A stretch of DNA of 64,000 nt from the human T2T-CHM13v2.0 reference genome, Homo sapiens, in NCBI RefSeq assembly GCF_009914755.1, contig NC_060940.1; one strand, given 5' to 3'. This document shows, in pieces, positions 27,217-40,619 of this stretch; positions within the stretch are counted from its first letter, which is position 1; the number at the start of each line of letters is the position of its first letter. A program made the translations under genes and the position numbers. Under the pieces are notes generated by a model. That model was not told the DNA's origin and made no database searches. It was given only the letters and a program-made list of their open reading frames with translations.

Positions 27217-27264
27217 ATGCTGAAACTCCATCTCTACAAAAAAAATACAAAGATTAGCTGGGCA
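27217..27264 (+). repeat. 48-bp Alu linker fragment copied from 26205-26251
   Basis: Shares ATGCTGAAA and ATACAAAGATTAG variants with the nearby Alu. Confidence 0.8.
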
Positions 27265-28105
27265 CAGTGCCCAGTTAGTCCATGGTTTTGCTAGATAGTC
27301 CCTTGATTCTGAATGACTCTGTGTTTAAGTTGGGATTACATAGGTATCAACAACTTTATACAGTTGGTATTAGGTAGCCACCAGCATCCCTTTTAACCCA
27401 TTAGGTCGGTATCACTCAGAGAGGTTCGACCACTGCCATGAGGTTCTAGTTACTGGCAGACTCCTAGGCAAGTTCCGTGATAGCAAATCCTATGCAGCAT
27501 TTCCTCTCCTAAAAACGGGTGCCAGTGAGCACAGGGTGGAAAATCATCATGGCTTTATTGGGATTTTTGTTATAAAATGTTCACTTCTCCAATATGACAC
27601 CTAGAGAACTTTTATTTTTATTCACCTGCATGGAAAAAAATGCAAATGAGGAGCATACCTGCATTTATATTTGATTATTTTCTAGTTAACGCAAGTCATT
27701 AAACTGTTTACTCATATTTATGAGGCCAGGATTTGAATTTTTATGTATTCCAGTTAAACAGAGAGCATCTGAACCTTGTGAGCTCTGTGGCAACGACAGC
27801 CCGGATCTCCCACGTTATGGCAAAGTAGGGAACAGACCCTCATGCATTCATTTCTGTCCAGTTTGGACCCACTTCTGCTTGGTTCTGTGCCGCCGGCACA
27901 AATACACCCAGGCTTCCTTCTCACTCACCACCGCGGGCAAGCAAAGGAGACTGACGTGGACCACAGGCACAAAAAATGGTTGTATAAAGTATCATCAAGG
28001 TGAAATTAATTGCCCCCAAACCATGAAAGTAATAACATCTCTGGCAGCTATTTATTGAGTCTTTTTACATATTAGGCACCCTGTAAGGCACTTCACACAC
28101 AGAAG

Positions 28106-28107
<2 letters not shown>

Positions 28108-28145
<38 letters not shown>

Positions 28146-28149
28146 TTTC
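28108..28149. repeat. (TA)n followed by poly-T
   Basis: Direct reading. Confidence 0.95.
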
Positions 28150-28639
28150 TTAAAAAACGAGCCTATTTTCTTTACCTGGAACAATTTGCCTCCTACCTGT
28201 ATCTTCCCCTGTCCCATTTTTCAGGTCTTCCTCTCCTCAGGAAGCCTTCCTTGACCTCATCCTAGGAAGATGGTAGATGGCTCCACTCTAGTTTACCAAA
28301 GCTGCTCCTGACTTTCTTACCACAATACCTTCCTACCCCCACACTCAATTCACTTTACAATAGTTGCATGCTAATTCCCACTAGACTGGCGGTTCTTTGA
28401 GATCAGAGACTGTATCTGGATTACTAAATAATTATTTATAAAATAAATAGCTTATCCCCAACCCGCGTTACTTGGTAGATGCTTAATGTGTTTTAATTAA
28501 AAGTCGTGGGTATAATGACCTTCCTCATTTACAGATGAAGAAATCAAGGCCCAGTAAAGTTAAATTACCTGAGAAATATTGAGCTACTAAATGTCAGAGA
28601 TAAAACTGGAAACCAGGTATGTCCAAAAGCCTCTTCAAC

Positions 28640-28761
28640 TATATTGCAGTGCCATATACATATATATATATGTATATGGTGCCATATATATATATTGCAG
28701 TGCCCATATATACATATATATATACACACACACATATATATATATATTTATATATATATAT
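28640..28761. repeat. TA-rich degenerate repeat with duplicated TATATTGCAGTGCC
   Basis: Direct reading. Confidence 0.85.
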
Positions 28762-30188
28762 GAAACAATTTTCCCATTCTTCTTGTTTCTCTTGTTTTTC
28801 AGGCCATATTCAAGAGAATTACCTTTTCTTATCCCCATTTCTTGGAAAAATATTGTTCTAGTATTATCTTCAGCTCTCTTCAAGAATCAAAACAGTTTAA
28901 GGTAGAAGAGATCCATGTGTCCAATTCCTTGTTTCAGAAAGGAAAATGACTTTCCAAAGCTCCCCAAGCCCTCAATAGCAAAGATAAAACTGGAACCAAG
29001 TCTTTTAGTCCTATATTGTGGCATCTTACTTGGTGACCAGAGAGTCTGCACAAAGATGAAAATGTGTGCGTGTATGTGTGTTACTGCTTCTTGAACTAAG
29101 GAAAGGAGCAGCAATGATAAGTGATGGAGAAGAGGCAGCAAAGCCGATGTTTTATAGGGACCTGTGCACTTCACCAAAGCATATCCAAGTCCCCCTGCTC
29201 CTCTCTCACTATGTTGTCCATGGTCATTGCATTTATCTCGTGCTTGCTCATTCTATTTACACCTTCAGGGATGTCTTCCTCTTCCATCTTGTAGGATCTC
29301 TTCCAAGCTCCGGTGCAAGTGCACTACACCGCAAAGTCTGTCCTCCATGCTCCAGTGAGAACTCATTTCCTCTCCTGGGTTCTCTCTCCTCTTGGTTTAA
29401 AGTTCTGTTCTCACACATCTGCCTTATATTTGGGTTGGATATCCACATGTCTCCAAGAACTGTGATCACTTGAAAGACTGGGACTCTTGGGGTTCACCTC
29501 CGGTTTTCCAGAGTTGTGCACACAGTAGGAGCTCAGCTATGAACTGAACACAGCTGCCTACCTGATGACACAGGGGGTTGCTATATATCCCCAGCTCTGC
29601 AAATAGATTTTGAAAAATAATTTATGACCATTTATGGGAAGACAAAACAATGTTTTCTGCAAGGTATTTCATTCTAATCACTGGAATCATAGTCCAGGCA
29701 TGATGTAGTCACTAAAATAACCTATTGAAAAGGATAACCAAACCATAATAAGTTAGCTTCTGACTTCCGCCAAGGTGCTCCTGGGGCAAGCTTAGCATTT
29801 GGTCAGCGTCTTCTTCCTGCTCTCTATTATTTTTGGATGACAGTGTGTCACTGAAATTGGGAAGTCAGCATTTTGAGTACAAAGACTGTGGCCTAGCTTT
29901 TTTTGCATCCACCATCAAGTCTGTTCCAGAGTCATGCTGCCAAACCCATACTCTAGCAGCTGGAAGCTGATTAACCCAACTGTAGGTGGTCCTGACCACC
30001 TGGTTGCTCAGATAGTCACTGACCAACTAAATGGAATAGTCCAAGATTCCAAGCCAGGATGAAGACACTCAGGGTAGGTACAAAATTCACAGAAGGGAAA
30101 TCTGGTTTTGTTAAGAGAGTTTCTTCCCTTTTTAACCAACAAAATATCTGGTATTTGTTTAATGCTGGTTTCTATGGAAATTTTGACA

Positions 30189-30378
30189 CTTTGGTCACTC
30201 CATCCACAAAAACCTCCTCCTCCCCCTCCCCATCCTCCCCCTCCTCCTCTCCATCCTCCCCCTCCCCTCCTCCTCTTCCTCCTCCTCCTCCTCTTCTTCT
30301 TCCTTCTCCTCCTCTTCCTCCTCTTCCTCCTCCTTTGGTCACTCCATCCACAAACCCTTCTCCTTCTTCTCATTCTTC
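30189..30378. repeat. (CCT/CTT)n pyrimidine tract bounded by a 22-bp direct repeat
   Basis: CTTTGGTCACTCCATCCACAAA at 30189-30210 and 30333-30354. Confidence 0.92.
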
Positions 30379-30379
30379 A

Positions 30380-30672
30380 AAGAGATAGTCTCCCTCTGCT
30401 GCTCAGGCTGGAGTGTAGGGGCATGATCTTAGGTCACTGCAGCCTCAAAATCCTGGGCTCAAGCTTCAAGTGATTCTTCAGCCTCAGCCTCCTGAGTACC
30501 TGAGACAACAGGCATGCATCTCCATGCCTGGCTTATTTTTTCTTATGTTTTGTAGAGACGGGATCTCACTATGTTGCCCAGGCTGGTCTCGAACTCCTGG
30601 CCTCAAGTGACCCTCCTACCTCGACTCAGCCTCCCAGAGTGCTGTGATTACAGGCATGAGCTACCATGCTTG
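30380..30672 (-). mobile_element. AluJ-like
   Basis: CACTGCAGCCTC..TCCTGGGCTCAAG; CTCACTATGTTGCCCAGGCTGG. Confidence 0.93.
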
Positions 30673-30929
30673 TTCCCATTTGCTCTTAATTCAGCAAAGA
30701 GATTTTGGGAACAGTGAAGCAGTGGGCACGGTGGAATTGTAGAGACAGGTGATAACCAAGATCCATGCGCTTTGGACAGTAAAAATCAAACAAAAAAGAT
30801 GAGTTGAGTTGTTTCTATTTGGGAAGTCAGGCTTCTCACAGTAAAGAGCACCCTATTTTCCCAGTCCTCTCAGTTTCTCACAAAATTCACACATTGCGTT
30901 GAAGCAGTAATTCCTGGGTTTTCCAGTTT

Positions 30930-31730
<801 letters not shown>

Positions 31731-32529
31731 TTGAATCATTGTAGAGGGCCATCACTATGCAAAGGATCCCAGCAAGAATCAACTGGTGAAACCTGTCCTG
31801 AGAGCTTAGCAAGAAAGTGGTAGAACTGAACCTCAAACCAGCAGCTCTCCTAACCAGAGTCTGGACTTCCCCCGAATCCCCAAACTCAGTTGGGTGTGTG
31901 CTCAGCCCCTCATTTCCTTCAGTGACTTTAAGCCAGAGCATGCTTTGTGGTTTAATTTCCTCTCTGAAAAGCAGGTACTATAACAAAATAGCAAGCACTA
32001 CGGCTGGGCTCCAGAGTAGCACACACTCGCCAGCCCATCCGTGGAAGGCTAGCCACAGACATGGGGAGATTATTAACACAATAAACCATAATTCTGCAAA
32101 TTTGTACTCAGGGACCTTTTTATTGCCCGGTTGGGGACTATTTAATCTATGGCTTGACTTCTTGGTTACTGGATTACTTGGTTACTAAGTAACCAGGTAA
32201 TTGACACATGAACCACAAGGATTGACAAAAGATGCTGTATCCAATATTATGTTTTATGAACTTAGTAAAAACTCTAGTTACATATTTAGAGTTTTCAATA
32301 AAGTTTATGACATTTTAATATGCACATTCCATATTATAACCAATTTCCTAACAGGTTTCGGTTTCCTCATAATACTGGCTCCGAGAAACCTTTTAGCATT
32401 TTTGCCTTTATTGATAATTTTTTTAAAACTCACTGACACCACATAAATGATTCTAAAATTAAAATACCTGAAAATTTTTCCATTGAGCACCAGAACATTC
32501 TAGGTCTTGTTCTCCTATTAAATTTTTAT

Positions 32530-32760
32530 CTATGATATGGTGAAAACGTGTTAAAATTTGGCATTTAAAGATCTATATTTGAATTCCCGTTTCATCATTT
32601 GCTGTGTGACCTGGCTATACCATGTAATCTCTGAGCCTCAATTTCCTCTTTCACAAGCAATAATCATTCTTCAATTTGCAGGGATATGCCATGAATTATA
32701 TGAGATGAAATGTGAAGCAATATTGTAACCTATAAAATGCCATATGAATATTTTATTATT
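32530..32760 (+). mobile_element. MIR
   Basis: GCTGTGTGACCTGG..TCTCTGAGCCTCAATTTCCTC. Confidence 0.7.
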
Positions 32761-35700
32761 AATCATAATGTTATAGAGTGTTCTACTGTTCTTATGAATG
32801 CATTCTTACATTTCTGTCTTTGATTCCATATGTACCATACTGGTACATATTGGAACCATATTCCAATAACAGCCTTATACCTACTTTAATGTAAATGTCA
32901 ATCACTTAAAATATAATTTTGTTCAGATACCTGCTCCTGAGCTCTGATTTGAAGTCCAATAGGAGGGGAAGTGCTGATCTTAATGGTTTGATGTTTTTTT
33001 GGCTTCGCTATATGCAGACCGAGTCTCTCTTCACAGCTTCCTATCACTTTGCATAACATCCTCAAGCCAGTCAGGAAGGGAGGTAAGACTTCATGCTCTA
33101 AGGGTTGGAGCAGAGGTGGCAGGCAGGCACTCTAAGGTTACTTCTTTGCCATTTCCAGGACAAAGCACTTTTGAGAGACACTGTTTAGAGCTCCCACTTC
33201 TTCAGAGCCATAGTTACTTCCTTGATACTTCATTTGTTTTAAGGAGGCACAACGATGTCTTTCATCAGGGATTAAAAAAAAAAAGCCCCGGGGTATTAAA
33301 GGCATAAATTTACCCCAAGCTCATATTTGCATCTACAAATTGGATACAATGTATAGATTTCAGTGGGTAAGTACCCAGTGTCATACATTTCCCTCCCTGG
33401 AAGGAGGTAAAGGCTTACTAATGTGAACCTTTGGTATCTACAGCAAATAGCAGCATGTTCATAGGTGAGGGCCTATTTGCAGACACCAGACACAATGTCC
33501 TCCAGCTCTCTCAGGCAGGCAAGTGGCAAGGAGCCTATTGGAGGGCCTCCATGGGAAAAGACCCCTCTCTATATTATAATTCTCCCATGCATTATAAAGA
33601 ACAAATGAGAGCTGACATTTGCATGGTACATATCTCTTTAAAAGGTAATGTACATTTATTTCATTTTATTCTCTTCTGATAATCCCCAAAGACAGATATT
33701 AGGATCCACATGAGAAAATAGAGGTTAGAGAGGTCAAGTGGCTGGCTTAAGTTCACATAGCCAGGTAGAGTAGAACCAGGGCATGATGAGGTTATTAAGC
33801 CATCTTTCTTTCCACTCTACCATTACACACTTCTTAATTATGCCAATTGCCTGTCCTGTTAATTTCAGTTTAGTATCACAGCCCTCCCAGGTTGAAGCTT
33901 CCCCATAACCATGTCCTCAGTGTTCTTATCGATACGAAGCTCTACGTAACAAGCATTTTAGATACTTTTTTCCTTTTCCAAATCTAACTGAAAATATCTT
34001 GCTAAACCCTGGCTGCTGCTTAATTTGTGATGAACCCCAGCCGTTCTTCTTCTGCCTCCTTTCTTAGACGACAAAGAAGCTTCACAAAATAAGGCATATT
34101 TTCCAAATGAAGTAATTCCACTACTGTGATGACGCCTCCCCTAAGCAACTCCACTGCAGAGTTAAATCCTATCGGCATTTCACGTTCCCTTGCTATTTTA
34201 GAAGTTTATATAATGCCAGAGTAAACCGTAATCTCTGGGAAAACTTAGCAGAGAGAATGGGGTTTTAGGTTAGACGAGAAAAGCAGAGACAGATTCTTTG
34301 AGAAGCATATCAGTTCTAATAGGAACGACATCGTTTGTCCCACATGAAGTCAGAGCGGTCTGACTTAGCTACTTTCAAATCTTAAAAACTGATTTTAAAA
34401 ATTACTGGATGAACATCATGTAGAAAGAATGCTTTTTAACAGAGCTTTTATGTCAGTGCATCTCATTTACTTCCTGAATTTGCAGCTCAGCTTCTACGCA
34501 TTATTAATACCATTAGAAGAATGTCGCATATTAGGAGCATGAAAAGCAAAGGGAAGAGAATGAGGCGCCCTGGTTCATCTTGGCATTTTGTGAAGAATAA
34601 ATGCCACTTCTGAGCAATGCCCAGCCTCCCCCAGAGAAGAATTTAGACCCTGATTCTTTATTTAAACAGGTTCCTGGGGGATGGAAAAGAAGTGAGATAC
34701 CCAGAAAAAGCCCTCTGAAATGCAGAGCCCCAGGTAAACCCAAGTGAGGGTTTCTAGTACAATGACATCACCCAGCTCTCAAGGGCCACTCCAGGCCCAG
34801 GAGTGTTCATGCCCCTCAGGCAGCCTCAGTGACAGATAAGCTAAATATAGGTAACACATGCAAGAGTTTCTACAACTTACGGAACGTTTTATATTGCCGT
34901 TACAAGGCAGGGCCTGTCCAACAGAAAGGAGGGCCAAGTTTCCTTTCTGATTTTTGAGGCTCTAATTGTATGGAAAAATGTATAAATTCTAAAACAGATT
35001 TTATAATTACAATATATTTTTACTGTTTATATTTAACAAATGAGAGCTTTTAACAGGCCTATATGCACACACACCACAAATGTAATCATTTTTTATTATG
35101 TATTAAGAAAATAATGACAGATTATCAAAAATAACCATTTATAAGCCTTTACAGATAGTATGGCACAGTCATGAGGCACAAGTGTACTGTCATAAGATGA
35201 CTGGCTTTTTCCTTCCAGTGTGTTAGCATTTGATATCTCTGTGCCTGTGGGTGTACATTTGAGGATCTTCTTGAATGTGAACCATGGGTGGAGCAAGCGG
35301 TGCTCTCGTCCCTACTGTGATAAGCCAGTTCCCAGAAGGCCTCCCTTCCATGGCACCGGGAGCGACTTCTTGCTCTGCTAAACTTCACAGATACTGTTTC
35401 AGGAAAATTCTTGTGGTTTAATAGTTCTAACATGCAGCTTCATGGTTAGGTAGAGAGAAATATATTTTCTCAAGCAGCAGTCTGATAGGAATGCCTTAAA
35501 CACTCCTTGATGGAGTGATAGCCATGACGCAGCAGAAGACCCAATGTCTAATGTTGTGTTGTTTTCAGAAAGATTCCAATATTTAAAGCCTTCATACAGC
35601 ATTTTATGTGATTTGGTTGTACAGTTGTAAATTGGTAAATCACAGTGATGCCCCCACCCTTCACCTTCTGAGAAAATCACCCTTTGGATTTCAATTTCCT

Positions 35701-35994
35701 ATTGCTGATTGAGGTATCAAATTATCCAGGTAGAGACCAGAGATAATTTTCCCTCTCAAAGATAAACACAACTTGGTGAAATGGCCTACTTAGTGGCTGA
35801 GATCAGTTCTCTTTAAAAAGCTAAGAATCTTGAAGTTCCCTATAGAATTCAGACCATTGGTTGTTTTATTGGTTATGATAGTTTGGCTGTGAGTCAAAAA
35901 AAGATCTTTTCTCGAACCACCTTAAACAAAAAGAATATTTCTTATCTTGTGTAACAGAAAGTCAAGAGGCAAGTGAGCTACAGTCATAACACTG

Positions 35995-36343
35995 ACTGTC
36001 TTTGTTCCGGACTATGTTTTTAAGAACATCTGTCTCCCTCTGGACTGTAGGGCAGGCAAGCTAACTGCCCAGTATTAAAAGATGTAGGTTCCCTAGATAT
36101 AAGTTCAGAATTCTTGGTATATACGCAGGTATCACCTGTTCTGCTTCACATCACCCTGTGGGAATTGGGCTCAGGGACCAGAGGCAAATATGCTAATGCT
36201 CATGTTCTTTGCAGTGGCATGAGTAACAAATTCCATTGTCTCTGACCCAGGAGTCTTGTGTCTTCTGGCAGCATCCATAAATTGTGGCAGACTAAGTATT
36301 TAGCTTGCAGATGGGATAAAAAATCTCCGACCTTCCTGGAACA
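35995..36343 (+). mobile_element. ERVL-type LTR 3' part (MER77/MER68/MER21 group), apparently nested in an old MLT1 remnant (~35860-36740)
   Basis: CTCTGACCCAGGAGTCTTGTGTCTTCTGGCAGCATCCATAAATTGTGGCAG..TTAGCTTGCAG. Confidence 0.65.
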
Positions 36344-37887
36344 TGTGTAACCACTTTTCTTTCAGGTGGATTTTGGCATGGACATACTATGGCTTCCATT
36401 AGCACAGGGAAACAGGCTTTCTTGTTTAAGGTCTGCAGAAGAGAAAAAAAAATCTCTCCTTAGTTATAGAATATTAGCTCTAGCTTTTGTTTTGATTGAG
36501 TCAATATAGGACATGAGCTTATTCCTAGAACAAAATAGTTGCTGGGAAAAATACAAGTGCTCATTGTTTAAACCTGGGTTCCTAAACCAATCACTGACAA
36601 AGGAGGTGAATCCAGCTTCTCCTGAATCAGATAGAGTGTGCAGAGATTGGGGGTAGGTATTTTAATAAAATCTGGAGCCTGGTAGAAAGGAGCAGGGGTA
36701 ACAGATATTGGACAGGTAACCAAGAGACTCTTACAGAACTGTCAGGACTGAGCTTCCCATTTCCTGCATACCTTTACATCCAAATTGATCTTTCCTTTAG
36801 GAAATTTGTTAGCATGAGCTCTCTCCTACAACATTGCATGGGGCTCTGCCAGTTGTGCTTTCCAGATGCTCATATTTCAAGCCAATAGTTATGAGTTTAG
36901 GCATTAAGGGATCTGGTTCAGATCATAAATGTTATAAAAATCTACCCATATGGATTAAGTGCTGCCACAGTCTATAACTGCTAAACGAGGGTCATGATTT
37001 CAGTCTGGTTAATAGACTCTAATACACTAAATGGTTTTATGAAACCCTAGTCCTGGGCATTTATCATAAGTGTGAAATTTTATATGCTTCTATAGAAAAC
37101 CAGGTAGTTACATGCAATTCTGCTTTCTGCTCATAGAGGAAAGGTAGCATGTAAACTGAATGCTGACTTGGGTGGTCATGCTTCTGGGGGACAGGGCTAT
37201 ACCCCAGAGCCAGCCCTTATGATGGGACCCAGTCTGGAAATTGGGTCCATATTTCCTCTCTGAACCCCCAACAATGACTAGAGTGTACAAGAGTGAGGTT
37301 GTCCATAATTAGGTCTCCATGTTGGCCTTTGGAGTGAACAACATGATTCAAGAGGCTCAAGTCACACCTCGAAAGTTTGGCTAGTTAACTCAAAAAGGCA
37401 TTCCTTCCACAATAGGATTGGACTAGAACTTGAAGTGAGCCTCCATGCTAAGAAATATTCTAGCCATCCCACCTCTTGTCTGTGGGACCTAGAGAACATT
37501 ACTTCACTTATTTGAGCTTATTCTGTCATTGTGTCTAAGTCGATAATTTTACACGCCCTGCACGTTGCTGTAAGGATTAAATAAGATAGTATATATGAAA
37601 GAAAAACATCTCCTAAAATGGTGTCTAGAGCATGTAGAGACACTATAACTATTAACTATCATTCAATTAAACTCAGAAAATATATTGATAAGCAAAGGAG
37701 TTTTGTGATTAAAATTGGTATTCTATCTTTTCTTAATTTAGATGTTATAAAATACATACATATTCTCCCTCCCTTCAGAAAAAATGATCTCTTCAAGTTA
37801 TTTTACAGCTCTAGAAAGGACTTCATCTGTCTTGATATTTGGAAATTTGCTTCTTAATAATAATAAATAAACTGAGCACACACTGTC

Positions 37888-38365
37888 TGTGGTAGGCAGA
37901 AATACCAAAACTATCTACTTCTTAAACCCTGTGAATATGTTACCTTAACACCAAAAGGAACTTTGCAGATGTGATCAAGTTAAGGACCTTGAAATGGAAT
38001 AAACCAAATTATCCCAGTGGGCCCAATCTAATCTTATATATGCTCTTTAAAATCAGATATCCTTTCCCAGGTGTGGCCAGAGGAAGATGGAACTATGGGG
38101 GAATTGTCAGAGCAATGTAATGTTGCTGCTTTGAAGACAGAGGAAGGGTGCATGAGCCAAGGAAGATGAGCAGCCACTAGGAGCTAGAAAAGTCAAGGAA
38201 ATAGTCTCCCTTCCAGCTGACAGAAAGGAACACAGTCCTGCCAACACCTTATTTTATCCAAGTAGTAGATTTTTAACCTATAGAACTGTGAGATGATAAA
38301 TTTGAGTTTCTTTAAGCCACTAAGTTTGTGGTCATTTGTTACAGAAGCAGAAGAGAACTAAAACA
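37888..38365 (+). mobile_element. MLT1D-like solo LTR inserted into a MIR
   Basis: TGTGGTAGGCAGAA start; TGTGAATATGTTACCTT, CTTTGCAGATGTGAT; TTTAAGCCACTAAGTTTGTGG; ends CTAAAACA; MIR sequence on both sides. Confidence 0.88.
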
Positions 38366-38735
38366 CCATGAGACAGGCACTGTTGTCAATGCTTAACACA
38401 TTTTAACTCACGCGATCCTCACTAAAGCTCTCTAGAGTAAGACCAATAGAAAATTGAAAGCTTAGAGAGATTAAGTAACTTGTCCGAGGTCCCACAGCTG
38501 AAGTCAGAGCCTGGACTCAATCCCAAAGCCTGCCATTTTTATTCCATATTGCTGGAGAAAGCTGCCCTCTCTTTTTCATTATCTAATCCCTCACAAAATT
38601 GAGTAGTTAAAACAAATTCAGTGAATAATTAAAAAATTTAAATAAGCCAAATCATGATGTTTTCTCCTTACTATTTTTACTTACCATGAAAATAATTTAC
38701 TTTTGCTGGAGCTCTTGACAGCGTCCATCTTTCCT

Positions 38736-38762
38736 TGTGTGTGTGTGTGTGTGTGTGTGTGT
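38736..38762. repeat. (TG)13 microsatellite
   Basis: Direct reading. Confidence 0.97.
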
Positions 38763-40119
38763 TTTATAAGAGACCTACAGCAGCTGTAGTGGAATTTCTG
38801 TAGTTATTGTTGGCCACCTATCTTAACGGGACACTTTAATGGAGGAACTCTCACCTCAAAGAGACGGTACAGCTGTTACTGGCGCTTAGAGCCATGTTTC
38901 CAGGCGCCTTTCTCAAGACCTGCAAGGGAGGTTTCTGGGTGCCTCTACCTCATTCCTATAACTGCTGGGAGAGTTTAGCAAAATCCTCCCAAGTTCCTAA
39001 AGTTCTTAATCATCCCTGTGGCCTTTGAGTCTGTTTATTTTATATTATTTTTACTGTCATAGTTTGTTTTTGTTTTTACTTTTTGTTCCTGATGACCCCC
39101 TTATGTCAGAAGGATCCTAACCTCCTCCCCAACCAGCCGAAGAGATGCTCTCATTCTGTCTTGGGTCCCACCTTCACTGGGAGGTAATTACCTGTGCTTT
39201 AGTCCATTCAGTGAAAATTACTTACTGCTACCTTTTGTTCTCTTCTCAATTTCTTCTTTCTTTTCTCTTTATTTTTTTAAATTTTGGTTTTGATGCTGAG
39301 TTAAAACTCATTTCTTTTTAATCTTAACCTGCTTTTTTTCTCCCCCCACATAGATAAGATTTCTAAGGGCGATATGGTAGTGTGCTGAACACCGCCTAGG
39401 ACAGGGCTGTGCAAAAAGCAGATCAGATCCATACTTTCCTGTTCATTATTTTAGGTAGGGACTGACTATAAAAATTGATCATCATATAGTCACAGAACAT
39501 TGAAAGAAATTCCACATATAATCTTATCCCAAATCCTCACTTAGTTAAAGATTTAAGGCCCAGAAGGGAGACAGACACAAGCAGGTGCAGGATTCACAGG
39601 GGAGTCTCCAGCTCTCATCTAAGGCCCACCCACTCTCCATGGCTAAGAAATCCCACTGGCCAGCCATGCAGTCAGGCTGTCTACATTTCAGATCTTTATC
39701 TTTTTAATTACTCTTGAATTCCTGACACACTCCCTCTCCTTCTACTGGTTTTCCAGAATTATGGCTTTTTTCAGAAGCTCCTGCCCAAATACTCCGGCAA
39801 GATTCAAGTGGGATTTTGCATATCCTGAGGGGGTTGAGTGTTTCAAAATGTTTGTTTTATAAGATGGAGACTCTACTCTACTTCAGATTGACTTCCTCAC
39901 CCATCAATCATTTTACTCTGGCAGAAAGTCATGGGAAGAATGTGATTTGGTCAAACCCAGAGGTGATTAAGTCTCTGCACCTCTAGAGTTCATTGGGGGG
40001 ATTTTGCCATGGCAAATGCTTACTGGATGACTCACTTGTGTTTTGTCTTGCAACCACTTTGACCTTGATGCCACCAGTGAGTAAAGCCATTGCCCACAAA
40101 GGACACTGGGCTAAAGGGA

Positions 40120-40400
40120 AAACATGGAAAAGAAGAGCTAAAAAGGGGGGGAGGAAAGGAAGGTGGAAATAAAGGAAGAGAAAGAGGGGGCCAAGAGGTG
40201 GAGAAAGGTGTAGAGAGATGGAAAATGACAGAAAAGAGTCAGAGAAAGAGGGAGAAAAAAAGAAAAAGGAAGGGACGAGACCAAAAAGAAAAGAATATAA
40301 AAGATGCTAGAAAGAGGAGAGAGAGAGTTGTAGAACAGCCGAGGGTTTGGAGAAAGAAACAGAGAATGCTGTGGTACAAGAGGAAGAGAAAGGCAAAACA
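40120..40400. repeat. Purine-rich (GA) low-complexity tract
   Basis: Mostly A/G; source of the Lys/Arg/Glu-rich spurious ORF. Confidence 0.8.
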
Positions 40401-40408
40401 ATCTAATA

Positions 40409-40619
40409 CAGGCAGAGCATCACTAATCCAAAAGTCCAAAATCAGAAATGCTCAAAATCTGAAACTTTTTGAATGCCTAGATGCTCAAATCAGATTTTGG
40501 ATTTTCTGATTAGTGATGCTTAACCTGTATGTATTCTGCAAATATTTCAAAATCTGAAAAAAATTAAAATCTGAAGCATTTCTGGTCCCAATTGTTCTAG
40601 ATAAGGGATACCCAACCTG
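40409..40619. mobile_element. Tigger4a/MER46 DNA transposon
   Basis: TA|CAGGCAGAGCATC start; TCTGGTCCCA..GATAAGGGATACCCAACCTG end; internal inverted repeat. Confidence 0.85.

Noticed and set aside
30008-30473. Arg/Gly-, Pro/Ser- and Leu-rich ORFs
   Set aside because: Translations of the (CCT)n tract and the adjacent Alu
40090-40509. 139-aa Lys/Arg/Glu-rich ORF
   Set aside because: Purine-rich low-complexity DNA running into a Tigger4/MER46 element; TTG start
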